A stretch of 64,000 nt of DNA. Source: Balanoglossus misakiensis (Eukaryota > Animalia > Hemichordata). How positions within the stretch are numbered: the first letter of the stretch is position 1; each line of letters opens with the position of its first letter. The notes under the pieces were generated by a model. That model was not told the origin of the DNA and did no database searches. It saw only the letters and a list, made by a program, of their open reading frames with translations. Below, one piece after another: positions 63,969 through 64,000 of the stretch. The position numbers were made by a program, and so were the translations under genes. The stretch is taken from contig CM082581.2 of NCBI GenBank assembly GCA_040954595.2, forward strand, positions 3,712,699 through 3,776,698, in the 5' to 3' direction.

Positions 63969-64000
63969 CTGCAAAGACAGTGTCAGATTTCTTTAATACT

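Overview
AT-rich, intron-rich animal genomic DNA, probably a marine invertebrate (inferred from gene and transposon content). All exons below were assembled by hand from splice sites, reading phase and recalled homology; no database search was run. Left to right: the 3' end of an EGF-repeat/C-type-lectin gene (+), with a CCT2 exon fragment in its GC-AG last intron; a 4-exon secreted DsbA/thioredoxin-fold gene (-); a Harbinger transposase exon; SMIM8 (+, absent from the ORF track); a candidate unannotated 79-aa two-exon gene (-); and a TOPBP1 copy (+) that looks damaged at exon 6 and stops at the start of BRCT4. Its 18.5-kb sixth intron holds two antisense paralogues: gene A (B-box-coiled coil-ZU5-ZU5-UPA-Death-Pro-rich tail, about 1672 aa) and gene B (ZU5-UPA-Death, about 960 aa). 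After TOPBP1 comes a chimeric duplicate of upstream sequence, then a xylosyltransferase-like GT14 gene (-) whose 7.3-kb intron holds a complete 8-exon, bacterial-looking PLP-dependent decarboxylase (+). Many MITEs (Kolobok-, piggyBac-, pogo-, Harbinger-like), a SINE, LINE fragments and microsatellites are present. The best candidate for an undescribed system is the TRIM-like/PIDD-like death-domain gene pair nested in TOPBP1.
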